DNA of 64,000 nt from Octopus sinensis (GCF_006345805.1 NC_043019.1:16491360-16555359); one strand, 5' to 3'. Counted from the stretch's first letter, positions 12,928 through 25,866 are shown. Numbers and translations are program-made. Notes: generated by a model from the letters alone, not told the origin.

Positions 12928-14232
12928 CTGTAATAATGATAAAGAAGAATATATATATATACATATGTACAAATATCTACACACACGCATACAGATTGCT
13001 AGATCCAGTCAAACCGTCCAACCCATGCCAGCATGGAAAACACATTAAATGATGACAATATATCACCATCATTCAACATCTGTTTTCCATGCTGGCATGG
13101 GTTAGACGGTTTGACTGAGGACTGGTAAGCCAAAGAGTTGCACCAGGTTCCAGTCTGATTTGGCAAGGTTTCTATGGCTGGATGCCCTTCCTAACACCAA
13201 CCACTCTGAGAGTGTAGTGGGTGCCTTTAACATGCCACTGGCATCAGCCATGACTATGATTTCACTTGGCTTGTTGAGTTTTCTCAAGCACAGCGAATTG
13301 CCAAAGGTCTTCATCATTTGTCATCGCTTCTGTGAGACCCAACATCCGAAGATCATGCTTTCTTCACTGTGTTATCCCATGTCTTCCTGGGTTTGGCTCA
13401 TCCACAGTTAGATATATATATATATATATACCAAGTAAAATAGCTGTCGTGGTAGATACTGGCATCATGCAAATGGTACCCATTACATTCTTGGAGTGGT
13501 TGGCATTAAGAAGAGCATCCAGCCATAGAAAACCATGCCAAATCAGACTGGAGTCTGGTGCAGCCTTCCAGTTTACCAGCCCTGGCCAAACCATCCAACT
13601 CATACCATCATGGACAACAGACATCAAATGATGATGATGATGATGATTTTAATGCTACTTTTTCAATATTAACACTAAAATAATCATTTGTTTTTATATT
13701 CCAATGTTAGTTTGTTTTTTTATACCCTAGTAGTTAAATTTGTTTTACCCTTGTTTTATGAGTTTACATCAAACCCAAATCAGGCATGGCATGTTGAATG
13801 AATTCCTAAGGCTTCTTCAATAATTGAAATAGCAAGAAATATTCATTCCATCGACGGAAATGAAGCTTTAAGTATCTGGACATGCCAAAGATGGCTTTTC
13901 TCCACTGTTCTTTCCCAGGTCTTGTTAGTTTGGAATTTTCATCAATGCTTCTGTGACTTTGCTTTATTTCTAGGTAGGGCTATACAGACCCACGTCCCCT
14001 TTTGAGGAGAGGTGGTCCATTATAAGCCTGGCCTGTCCTTTGACCAATCTAGCCCTACAAGGATGAGGAGTTCCATTGGAATAGCTTTCAGGGTCACTAA
14101 GGCACACATAAGCCACCCCACTAGGGCATGGACTAGACCTTGAGGTGGTCGCAGTATATTACTGGTACTTTATCAACAATGGACAGACAAAACCAACCCT
14201 GATGAGATTTGAAAGAAACATTCCAAACTTAC

Positions 14233-15154
14233 CAAACGCTTCACTGGCAGACTTCTCTTTTTCCTTCTCTTGCTGCTGCTGCTGCTGCAGCTGTTGCTGT
14301 CGATGCTGCTGCTGTGGTTGCTGTTGTTGTTGACGCTGCTGCTGTTGTTGACGCTGCTGTTGTTGTTGTTGACGTTGCTGCTGTTGCTGACGCTGTTGCT
14401 GCTGTATATGTTGTTGCTGTTGATGCTTTTGCTGTTGTTGATATTGTTGATGCTGCTGTTGCTGATGATGTTGTTGTTGATATTGTTGTTGATGCTGCTG
14501 CTGTTGATGATGTTGATGATGATGCTGCTGCTGCTGCTTTGCTGCAGTCTGGTAGGGGTCAGCCATGTTGTTTGTAGCCGAGGCAGAAGCAGCGGCATTC
14601 ATCATTTCCCAAACCATTGCACACATGTTGCCGCTCCCTGTCGATGCCTGACCAACACCAGGCTCGCTCTCTTCATCATTGCCGCTCCCACCCTCGCTCC
14701 CTTCACCGGTTTTCGATTTCAGTAAACAGCCCTTACGATCCTTCACCTTAAACGGGGTTTTCTTCATTGCTGCTTCTTTCTTCTCCGTCACCTTCCTCGA
14801 CTTCTTCCAGCTGTGTGAGTCTCGTAAGTTCAAATCTTGCAGGCAGCAAGAGGATGAGGAGGTAGGGAATAGCGAGTTTGTATTCGGTGGCGCTGTCAGA
14901 GGAGGGGCCTGATGTGCCATTGATGGGCCACCCCGGAAGTGATCCTTTGTTAGTGGTTGTGCAAGGACACCACGGTTGGGGACAGGCAGGTTGTCGGACA
15001 GCCCTCCCCCATGCTGGAAATTCAGTCTGTGCCCAGAATCGTGAATCTGATGGTGGGCCTCTGCAGCAGGCGTTTTGCTTGGGTTATCATTGTTGATTCG
15101 AAGCAACAGCTTCAAGCTGGTCTCAATCTCAGAGCTGCTGGGGCATTCTGCCAT
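14233..15154 (-). CDS. TUT4/7: TUT4/7 first coding exon (low-complexity, polyQ N-terminus)
   Basis: Acceptor cctctgcag|AA-ATG (exon starts 15156, ATG at 15154), 922 nt open, donor TTTG|gtaagt in phase 1 matching the next exon. No recognisable homology, so the assignment rests on splice phase and position. Confidence 0.8.
14270..14546 (-). repeat. Coding CAG/CAA/CAT trinucleotide tract (polyQ with H/R/Y interruptions)
   Basis: Plus strand is (tgc/tgt/tga)n. The minus-strand frame reads QQQQHHHQHHQQQQ...QQQQQQE. Confidence 0.95.
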
Positions 15155-15571
15155 TTCTGCAGAGGAACACAAAAAAAGAGAGGAATGAGTGCGGACAAGC
15201 GAGAGAGAGAGAGAAGGTTTATGGTGGATAGGAAGAAATAAGAGAGTAAGACAAGCGAGAGTATAAGGGGAGATATGGGAGAGTGTATGAATGTGATTAT
15301 AAAGGAGAGAGAGAGAGTGAGAGCATAAGAGAGAATAAGAAATAGTACAGGAGAAAGGATGAAAAGAGATGGTAAGAGAGTAAAAAAGAGCAAAGTAGAG
15401 AGAGATATAAGAAGGGAGTTACAAGAGATGAAGAAAGGAAAGAGGTGAAGCATATAAGAGGAGAGAGGCAAGAAAGGAAGAAAAAGAGGGAAATAGATAA
15501 GAGGAGAGTTGCTAGAGGCAAAGAGAGAGAGAGAGAGAGAGAGAATAGGAGGGATGAGTAAGAAAACTCAC

Positions 15572-15587
15572 CTAAAGTAATTTAGTT
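15572..15587 (-). other. Candidate 16-nt 5'UTR microexon of TUT4/7
   Basis: tctttttacacag|AACTAAATTACTTTAG|gtgagt, with a strong acceptor and donor 16 nt apart. Confidence 0.45.
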
Positions 15588-16034
15588 CTGTGTAAAAAGA
15601 AAATAAAAGCTCTTAAACCAATTGGTGACAGACAACATCAGGTATGGACTGAGTGGTACCTGGAGTGGGAGGAAGAGAAAGAGAGATTGGTCACAGTTAC
15701 AAGCATGAGAACACTTATGTGGGTGTGTGGGTGTTTATAAAACACTAAGCAGCCTGTAGGAACCCACTTGGAGTTCAAATATGTAATGATATTATTATCC
15801 ATGATTATATATATATGTGTGCGTGTGTGTATGTATGTATATATACACACATTATATAATTTAGATTAATTTAAATGCTTCGGTCAAAGATTGGTCCAGG
15901 CCATGTCTGATTTGTTAAGTCAGTTATATATATACACACACACACACACACAGAATGTGCCCCAAAGTGTATAAGTGTATACATACATTAAATGATTTTT
16001 AAAGGCAGTGTTTATTAAAATACATTTCATCTTC

Positions 16035-16078
<44 letters not shown>

Positions 16079-18013
16079 GATGAAAAGTGGTTAGGAGTCC
16101 ATACAAAGTAAAGATTATAGTTAAAAAAAGTAAATAAAGTTGGAAAAGGCAGAGAAGAATATTTTAGAGAATATTTAATAAGATACAGTTTCCATTTGTA
16201 TCTTATCCATCTTATCAAATATTAGAAAGAATTGGGGGTGAGGGCAGAAAAAAAAAAACATTTTTTGTTGGGTTTAACAGTTTCTACCTAAATTTGAATT
16301 GTTAATGAAATTTTGCTTTAGTCATTCTCTTGTAAATGTTTTGTCTAAGTAGCCTTGAAGTAGAGTTCAAGGGTTCAAGTTTCAGGAAGTCTTTTGAATT
16401 AAATGGTTTAGCCAGTTGTGAGTGTGTTTGGAATCTATTATCAAAAACAGTTTTCTTTTTTCTATTGAGAGAAAATGGTTGAGTGTTTTTTAAGAATGGT
16501 TATTCAGAGAATTTGGGTGGAATTATTTGTCATTTGTTTTGCTCTCTCTCTGTTTGGGGTACACAGTCAAAGTATTTTTCTTTATATCTTTTTTTCAATT
16601 GAAGAGATGTGGTCAGTAGTTCTGACCAGCTGTGTGTGTGTGTATTGTTTTATCTGTGTGAGTGTATGTGTGTGTCTATGCATGTGCTTTTTTGTGTGTG
16701 TGTGTGATTTTGATTTTTTGGGGAAAAGACTTCCTGCAACTTGAACTTTTGAACCCTACCCCAAACCTACTAATCAAAGAGACTGACTAAAGTAACATTT
16801 CCTGAAGAACTCAAATTTGGGTACAAACTGTTAAACCCCACCCAAAAGCTGTTTCTTTCTTTCTCTTTGACTCCCCCAAAAACCTCTTTCTAATATTTGA
16901 TGTCAAAACTGGTAATATTTTATTAAACATTCTTTAAAATATACTTCTGTACCTTTTCCAAATTTGTTTACCATTTTTAATTATATATACATCCTTTAAG
17001 TCTGTTTATGTGAAACGTTTTTGAGTGTCCTCATAAAAAGCTCCAATGCCTTCTACTCCGGCTGCCACTTATTGTTCCCATCTTCCAGAGTAAATTTATA
17101 GGAAGGTTATTAATCTAGGGTCAGTATAACATGGGATGAACAGAGTAATAGCAAGAATTTGGGGATGGAAATTCATGAATCCATTAATGAAATTAAATGA
17201 TTCATGAATTTCCATCCAAGCTTCTTAGTAATGTCTTCCATTTTATTCTTGTTTCAGTCATTAGGCTGCGACCATACAAGAGAACCAACCTAAAAAATTC
17301 TCTCGTTGAATGAATCAACCCTAGAACTTGTTTCAACCAAAACTCTTGGAGACCCAAGCTGAAGGCGCAGCACAGTCAGATCAAAACTGGAACAACATAG
17401 TTACAAAACAAGCCTCAACCTCACTCAACAGCTCTTATTCCCATTCAAATATGACCTGGCAAAGCTACAGACATTTCTTCTCTTCACAGACTATACTATA
17501 TAAAAGCAATAATTAAAACAATCACATTGGCTAAAATAAAGAATTTCAAAAAAAAAAAATATATATAATATAATTTTTTTTTTGTCTTATTGTACCAAAA
17601 TATATTCACACATATATAAGTATAATGTGTGTAAGTCTGTGTATGTGTGTATCAAATCATTATTGTACAAAATAGATTAGAAATAATTTACATTGCAGGA
17701 GACAAGGTCTACTTGATTAACTTTTGATAATTCACTCCATCGTTTTGGACTCATTGTTGATTAATTTTTTTGTTTTTAAAACTTCAGATGGGACCAGTTT
17801 TCAAAGCTGTGTACAATGTAAGAAAGCTGTGGTAAGCTTGTGTTAATAGGAAAGTTGCCTGAATGGAAGTAAAAATAATTCAAGTTTTGTTTATGAAGAG
17901 AATTTAATCTGCTTCATGCTTCACTACACACACGTTTGAGCATATATTGATGTTTATACCCTTAATGACTTTCTTTTCAACAGAGTATGTGCATGTATAC
18001 ATACATATATATA

Positions 18014-18381
18014 TTCTTTTATTTGTTTCAGTCATGCTGGAGCACTGCCTTTAATCAAGCAAATCGACCCCAGAACTTATTCTTTGTAAGCCTAGTATGT
18101 ATTCTATCAGTCTCTTTTGCCGAACAGCTAAGTCACAGAGACATAAACACACCAGCATCGGTTGTCAAGCGATGTTGGGGGGACAAACACAGACACACAC
18201 ACACATATATGTATACACACATGACGAGCTTCTTTCAGTTTCCGTCTACCAAATCCACTCACAAGGCTTTGGGCAGCTCGAGGCTAGAGTAGAAGACACT
18301 TGCCCGGGGTGCCACACAGTCGGACTGAACCCAGGACAATGTGGTTGGGAAGCAAGCTACTTACCACACAGCCACTCCTGA
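18014..18381 (-). mobile_element. SINE family A copy
   Basis: Same head, centre and tail in reverse orientation. Confidence 0.85.
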
Positions 18382-18602
18382 GTCAGATATTCTGTGTATA
18401 GAATGCACTAAGTCGTGCTTATGAAGTTTAAACTTGAGGGGGGAGGGGGGATAGGAATAAATGTAGGGATAAGCAAGTAAGATCAATATATAAAGTTTTT
18501 CTATATCAAAACATGAATTTCATGTATTTATATAGTAAAACTTTATATACTGATGTGGTTGGTAAGCAAGCTACTTAGCACGCGACTATGTATATATATA
18601 TA

Positions 18603-18900
18603 TCACGTGATCACGTGACCGACCAGACCATCAGATGTTGTTACACATCGCTGGTCACAATGCGTTCGCATTGTTTTAGCCTTCGAATGATGCCACCCCA
18701 CTTGCAAGCAGGCCAACAGAAGAAAGAGTGACAGAAAGAGTGGTGAAGGAGTACAGCAGGGATCACCACCCCCTGCCGGAGCGTCGTGCAGCTTTTAGGT
18801 GTTTTCGCTCAATAAGCACTCACAACGCCCGGCCTGGGAATCGAAACCGCAATCCTGCGACCGCGAGTCCGCTGCCCTAACCACTGGCTATTGCGCCTCC
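18603..18900 (-). mobile_element. tRNA-derived SINE family B
   Basis: Reverse complement of the GGAGGCGCAAT...CAGTGGTTAGGGCAGCGGACTCGCGG head, with tail GGTCACGTGATCACGTGA. CpGs are retained, suggesting a young copy. Confidence 0.85.
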
Positions 18901-19087
18901 GTATATATGTATATGTTATATATATATATGTATATATATATATATACATATATATGTATATATATATAATATATATATATATGTATATATATATGTATAT
19001 ATATATATATAATATACATATATATGTATATATATATATACTATATATATATATACATATATGTATATATATATATATACATATATA

Positions 19088-19119
<32 letters not shown>

Positions 19120-19175
19120 CACATATATATGTATATATATATATATATACATATATATGTATATATATATATATA

Positions 19176-19242
<67 letters not shown>

Positions 19243-19464
19243 CATATATATGTATATATATATACATAATATGTATATATATATACATATATATGTATAT
19301 ATATATATACAATATATGTATATAATATATACATATATATGTATATATATATATACATATATATGTATATATATATATACATATATAGTATATATATATA
19401 TATACATATATATATATTACATATATATATATATTATATGTATATATATATATATTACATATAC

Positions 19465-19540
<76 letters not shown>

Positions 19541-19570
19541 TATATACATATATATATACATATACATATA

Positions 19571-19604
<34 letters not shown>

Positions 19605-19651
19605 CATATATTATATATATACATATACATATATATATATACATATATATG

Positions 19652-19682
<31 letters not shown>

Positions 19683-19745
19683 ATACATATAATATATATA
19701 TATACATATACATATATATATATATACATATATATGTATATATAT

Positions 19746-19780
<35 letters not shown>

Positions 19781-19813
19781 ATACATATACATATATATAT
19801 ATATATATGTATA

Positions 19814-19853
<40 letters not shown>

Positions 19854-20076
19854 AATATACATATATATATATATAACATATATATGTATATATATATATA
19901 TATATATATCATCATCATCATCATCATCGTCGTTTAACGTCCGTTCTCCATGCTAGCATGGGTTGGACGGTTCGACCGGGGTTCTGGGAAGCCAGAAGGC
20001 TGCACCAGGCTCCAGTCTAATTTGGCAATGTTTCTACAGCTGGATGCCCTTCCTAACGCCAACCACTCCGTATATG

Positions 20077-20169
<93 letters not shown>

Positions 20170-20354
20170 ATATATATAACATATACATATATATATACAT
20201 ATAATATATATATATACATATATATTATACATGTATATATATATATACATATACATATATATATACATATACATATATATATATACATATATATGTATAT
20301 GTATATATATATATACATATACATATATATATACATAACATATATATATAATAC

Positions 20355-20385
<31 letters not shown>

Positions 20386-20444
20386 CATACATATACATAT
20401 ACATATATAATATACATATATATATATAATATATATATGTATAT

Positions 20445-20477
<33 letters not shown>

Positions 20478-20496
20478 ATATTACATATGTATATGT

Positions 20497-20527
<31 letters not shown>

Positions 20528-20558
20528 CATATATATATATACATATGTATATGTATAT

Positions 20559-20592
<34 letters not shown>

Positions 20593-20672
20593 ATATACAT
20601 ATGTATATGTATATATATATATATATAATATATACATATACATTATATATATACATATATATGTATATGTTA

Positions 20673-20705
<33 letters not shown>

Positions 20706-20758
20706 TACATATATATATATACATATATAATATATATATATATATATAGTATATATAC

Positions 20759-20793
<35 letters not shown>

Positions 20794-20887
20794 CATATAT
20801 AGATATATATATATACATATATTATATACATATATATAATACATATATAATATATACATATATATATATACATAGATATATATATAC

Positions 20888-20918
<31 letters not shown>

Positions 20919-20946
20919 CATAATATATATATATTATATAATATAC

Positions 20947-20998
<52 letters not shown>

Positions 20999-21197
20999 AT
21001 ATATAATATATATATATATACATATATATATATATTATACATATATATATATATATATATTAATATATATATAATATATATATATACTATATATATATAT
21101 TATATACATATATATATATATATACATATATATATTATATATATATTATAATATATATACATATATATATATATACATATATATATTATATATATAT

Positions 21198-21237
<40 letters not shown>

Positions 21238-21252
21238 TATATATATATATTA
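18901..21252. repeat. About 2.3 kb of compound (TA)n/(TACA)n microsatellite interrupted by an RTE tail at 19909-20070
   Basis: Directly visible. It is the source of the poly-YI ORFs. Confidence 0.98.
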
Positions 21253-21540
21253 TGTGTGTGTAGAAATACATGTTGGGATAAGCAAGGTTAGGCAGGTCAG
21301 TATATAAAGTTTTACTATATAAATACATGAAATTCGTGTTTTGATATAGATAGAATAAGTACTAGGCTTACAAAGAATAAGTCCTGGGAGCAATTTGTTT
21401 GACTAAAGGTTGTGCTCCGGCATGGCCACAGTCAAATGACTGAAACAAATTAAAGAATAAAAGAATGTGTATATATATAGCTTATACATATTATGGATAC
21501 CCATATATAATTATATGGACATTTTACTTTAAATATACAT

Positions 21541-21677
21541 AGGCGCAGGAGTGGCTGGGTGGTAAGTAGCTTGTCTACCAACCGCATGGTTCCGGGTTCA
21601 GTCCCACTTGGGCAAATGTCTTCTACTATAGCTTGTGAGTGGATTTGGTAGACGGAAACTGAAAGAAGCCTGTCGAA

Positions 21678-21757
<80 letters not shown>

Positions 21758-21977
21758 TGTGTGTGTTTGTGTGTCTGTGTTTGTCCCCTAGCATTGCTTG
21801 ACAACCGATGCTGGTGTGTTTATGTCCCCGTCACTTAGCGGTTCGGCAAAAGAGACCGATAGAATAAGTACTGGGCTTACAAAAGAATAAGTCCCGGGGT
21901 CGAGTTGCTCGATTAAAGGCGGTGCTCCAGCATGGCCGCAGTCAAATGACTGAAACAAGTAAAAGAGTAAAAGAGTA
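21541..21977 (+). mobile_element. tRNA-derived SINE family A (CORE-like centre, internal (TA)n, tail ...CAGTCAAATGACTGAAACAAGTAAAAGAG)
   Basis: A box-like TGGCTGGGTGG and B box-like GGTTCAGTCC. Many related copies in the window. Confidence 0.85.
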
Positions 21978-22727
21978 ACCCATTGACTTGTATATATTTG
22001 TCTGAAACCTACTCACCTGTTTAACAAGCAGACTTTGAATTTTACTGATTATCAGGTGACTCTACAATATTCATATTCAAATGAACATTCCAGGCTGAAT
22101 TGAAATACACCCTCTCAGCACCTGAGTCACTTTTGTAAGTTTCTGATGATTAAAACAAATATATCCTGGTGCAGCACCTGGCCTTATCAGTTCCGTTAAG
22201 CCGTCCAACCCATACCAGCATCGAAAACAGACGTTAAATGAGAATGATGATATATAGATACATATATATACTCACAAACTGAATGGGATATCTCCTATGG
22301 AACACAAACACCAAGTGAAAATAAAGATATGTGATTGCAAAGGTCCCTTCACAATCTCATGGTCCCAAACTTGATTCCACTACAGAGCAATTGGTGTTCT
22401 GAAAACCATTACACTGCAAGTGGGATTTTAATAGGCAGAAGCTGTATGGCACTGGGTGTGTGTGTGTGTGGGGGGTTTAGTTTGTAGATAGGTACAAAGT
22501 CAAGGTTGCATGTTGAGAAATAAAACGGACAGTCTAAGGTTCAAGAGGAAGCACTAGGTCTACTTGACCAAGAACAATGAAGAGCAAAAGAATCTGTCAC
22601 AAGTGGACAGAGGTTGTACAGAATCAAATGGACAAAGGTCACGAGAAGATGTGGGAGATCTTTGTATCAAATACAGAGGGAAATAGTAGTAAATATATAT
22701 TTACTAACCACTGGGCCATTGCGCTTC

Positions 22728-22762
<35 letters not shown>

Positions 22763-22769
22763 GTGTGTG

Positions 22770-23035
22770 TGGAGGCGCAATGGCCCAGTGGTTAGTGCAA
22801 CGGATTCGCGGTTTAGATTCCCAGACCGGGCGTTGTGAGTGTTTATTAAGCGAAAACACCTAAAAGCTCCACGAGGCTCCGGCAGGGGGTTGTGATCCCT
22901 GCTGTACTCTTTCATCCCTCCTTCTCTCACTCTTCTGTTGGCCTGCTCGCTTAGGCAGCGGGGTGGCGTCATTCGAAGGCTAAAGCAATGCGAACGCGTT
23001 GTGACCAGCATCTGATGGTCTGGTCGCTCACGTGA
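22770..23035 (+). mobile_element. tRNA-derived SINE family B
   Basis: Homologous to 18603-18900. Confidence 0.85.
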
Positions 23036-23540
23036 TATATATATATATAGGCAATGACAAACAATCGAGACCTTTGGAGATGTGCTGTGCTTGAGAAAAC
23101 CGGGCAAGCCAAATGAGATCGTAACTGTGGTTTATGCCAGTGTCACATAACCAGCCCATTTAAGAGTACCTTTCAATCGTCAGGCAACATGCTGTGCCAG
23201 TGGTATGTAAAAAGACCCATTTGAGCATGGTCTATGCCAGTGCCACTTGACTGGCTCCTGTGCCAGAAGCATGTAAAAAGCACCATATGAGCATGGAGAA
23301 TGTCAGTGTTGCCTAACTGGATCCCATGCCAGTGCTACCTGACTGGTCCCATGCTGGTGGTACATTAAAAAGCACCCACTACACTCTCAGAGTGGTTGGC
23401 ATAGGAAGGGCATTCAGCTGTAGAAACCTTGCTAGATCAGATTGGAGCCTGGTGCAGCCTCCTAACTTACCAGTCCTCAGTCTAACCTTCCAACCCATGC
23501 CAGCATGGAAAGTGGATAGAAGATACACGCACACAACCCT

Positions 23541-23856
23541 AGATCCAGAAAAACGTTCCATGATTCATAGGCAAGGGTGTATGGTCCTCAAGAAGCCCCA
23601 ATCTCAACCCATTGGATTTCTCTGTTTGGTCCATTTTGGAGATGAGGGTCTCAAGCACTCCCCATGCTTCACTTGATGGCTCTGAAGGCAAAACTGTGGC
23701 AGGAATGGGTTTTGATTCTGCAAGAACAGCTGTGTGCTGCATGTAAAGCATTCATACCTAGACTTAAGGCTGTGATTCGAAACAGCGGTGGTCAGACCCA
23801 AAACATATTTTACTTTGGAAAATTGAAAAAAGTTGGTTACCTTAATTTTGGGACAG

Positions 23857-23858
<2 letters not shown>
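23541..23858 (+). mobile_element. Tc1/mariner-superfamily 3' fragment
   Basis: WSSRSPNLNPLDFSVWSILE and ...AACKAFIPRLKAVIRNSGG, ending in a TIR-like AATTTTGGGACAGCC before (TA)n. Confidence 0.75.
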
Positions 23859-23918
<60 letters not shown>

Positions 23919-24145
23919 ATATATATATATGATATATATATATATGATATATATATATATGTATATACACATACACACACATCAGGCTTCCTTCAGTTCT
24001 TGTCTGCCAATCCATTCACAAGACTATAGTAAAAGACATGTGCCTAAGGTGCCACACAGTGGAATTGAACCTGCAACGATGTGGCTGGGGAGCAAACTTC
24101 TTACGACACAGCCATGCCTACACTTATATATATATATTTTTTTTT

Positions 24146-24877
24146 TTACTTGTTTCAGTCATTTGACTGCGGCCATGCTGGAGCACCGCCTTTAGTTGAG
24201 CAAATCGACCCCAGGACTTATTCTTTTGTAAGCCAAGTACTTATTTTATCGGTCTCTTTTGCCGAACCGCTAAGTGACGGGGACGTAAACACACCAACAT
24301 CGGTTGTCAAGCAATGCTAGGGGGACAAACACAGACACACAAACACACATACATATAGACATCATCATCATCATCATCATCATTTAGCGTCCGTTTTCCA
24401 TGCTAGCATGGGTTGGACGGTTCAACTGGGGTCTGGGGAGCCCGAAGGCTGCACCAGGCCAGTCAGATCTGGCAGTGTTTCTACAGCTGGATGCCCTTCC
24501 TAACGCCAACCACTCCGAGAGTGTAGTGGGTGATTTTATGCGCCACCGACACAGGTGCCAGACGAGGCTGGCGAACGGCCACGCTCGGATGGTGTTTTTA
24601 TGTGCCACCGACACAGGTGCCAGACGAGGCTGGCAGACGGCCACGCTCGGATGGTGTTTTTATGTGCCACCGACACAGGTGCCAGATGAGGCTGGCGGAC
24701 TATATATATATATATACATATATATGACAGGCTTCTTTCAGTTTCCGTCTACCAAATCCACTCACAAGGCATTGGTCGGCCCGGGGCTATAGTAGAAGAC
24801 ACTTGCCCAAGATTCCACGCAGTGGGACTGAACCCGGAACCATGTGGTTGGTTAGCAAGCTACTTACCACACAGCCA
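24146..24877 (-). mobile_element. SINE family A copy carrying an RTE 3' fragment (24361-24698)
   Basis: SINE tail and head halves flank an RTE tail plus tandem units inserted at the internal microsatellite. Confidence 0.85.
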
Positions 24878-25511
24878 CGTGTGTGTGTGTTTATAGTGCA
24901 ACAATAAAGTGAAAACACAAAGGCAAAGAGAAAGAACAACCAAGGGGGGTGGGATGAGGATAATGCGTGTAAGTGTGTGCGCCTCAGAGTTTGTGGAGGC
25001 CCCCATCACTTGACAACTGGTGTTGTTTTGTTTACAACCCTGTAATCTAGTCATTCGGCAAAAGAGACTGATAGAATAATGACCAGACTTTAAAGATAAA
25101 TAAATACTGGGGTTGATTTATTCAACGAAAACCATTCAAGGAAATGCACTTGTATGGCCACAGTCCAATGACTGAAGCAAGATAAAAGCATTTATAGATA
25201 TCAAACATGAACTTATTTGGCAAGTGACACACTTAATCAGTCCCTCACACATACACACTACATTATACACACACACACACACATATATATATACTCTTTA
25301 CTTTTTTACTTGCTTCAGTCATTTGACTATGGCCATGCTGGAGCACCACCTTTAGTGAAGCAAATCGACACCAGGACTTATTCTTTATAAGCCTAGTACT
25401 TATTCTATCAGTCTCTCTTGCCGAACTGTTAAGTTACGGGGACATAAACACACCAGCATCAGTTGTCAAGTGATGTTGTGGGGTAGGACAAACACACACA
25501 CATGTATATAA

Positions 25512-25546
<35 letters not shown>

Positions 25547-25866
25547 CGACGAGCTTCTTTCAGTTTTGGTTGGAACAAGGCTATAGTAGAAGACACTGGC
25601 CCAAGGTTCCACACAGTAGGACTGAACCTGGAAATATGTGATAAGCAAGCTACTTACCACACAACCACCCCTACATGCAAATCATATATGTATGTATGTA
25701 TGTATATATATATATATATCATCATCATTTAGCGTCCACACACATATATATATACATATATATACACACATATATATATACATATACACATATATATATA
25801 TATATATATATACATATACACACATATATATACATATACATACACACACATACACACATATATATA

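Noticed and set aside
14209-14725. Plus-strand poly-A/V and poly-L ORFs
   Set aside because: They are antisense shadows of the coding polyQ tract.
18835-18900. tRNA gene
   Set aside because: The tRNA-like head continues into a SINE body shared by several copies, and no complete cloverleaf is seen.
18809-21042. Long ORFs of up to 372 aa rich in Y/I/M/C
   Set aside because: They are translations of (TA)n/(TACA)n microsatellite that happen to lack stops.
22017-22094. Possible minus-strand exon (ttcaattcag...ACAG|gtgagt)
   Set aside because: It has a good donor but no homology or other support. It could only be an untested 5'UTR exon.
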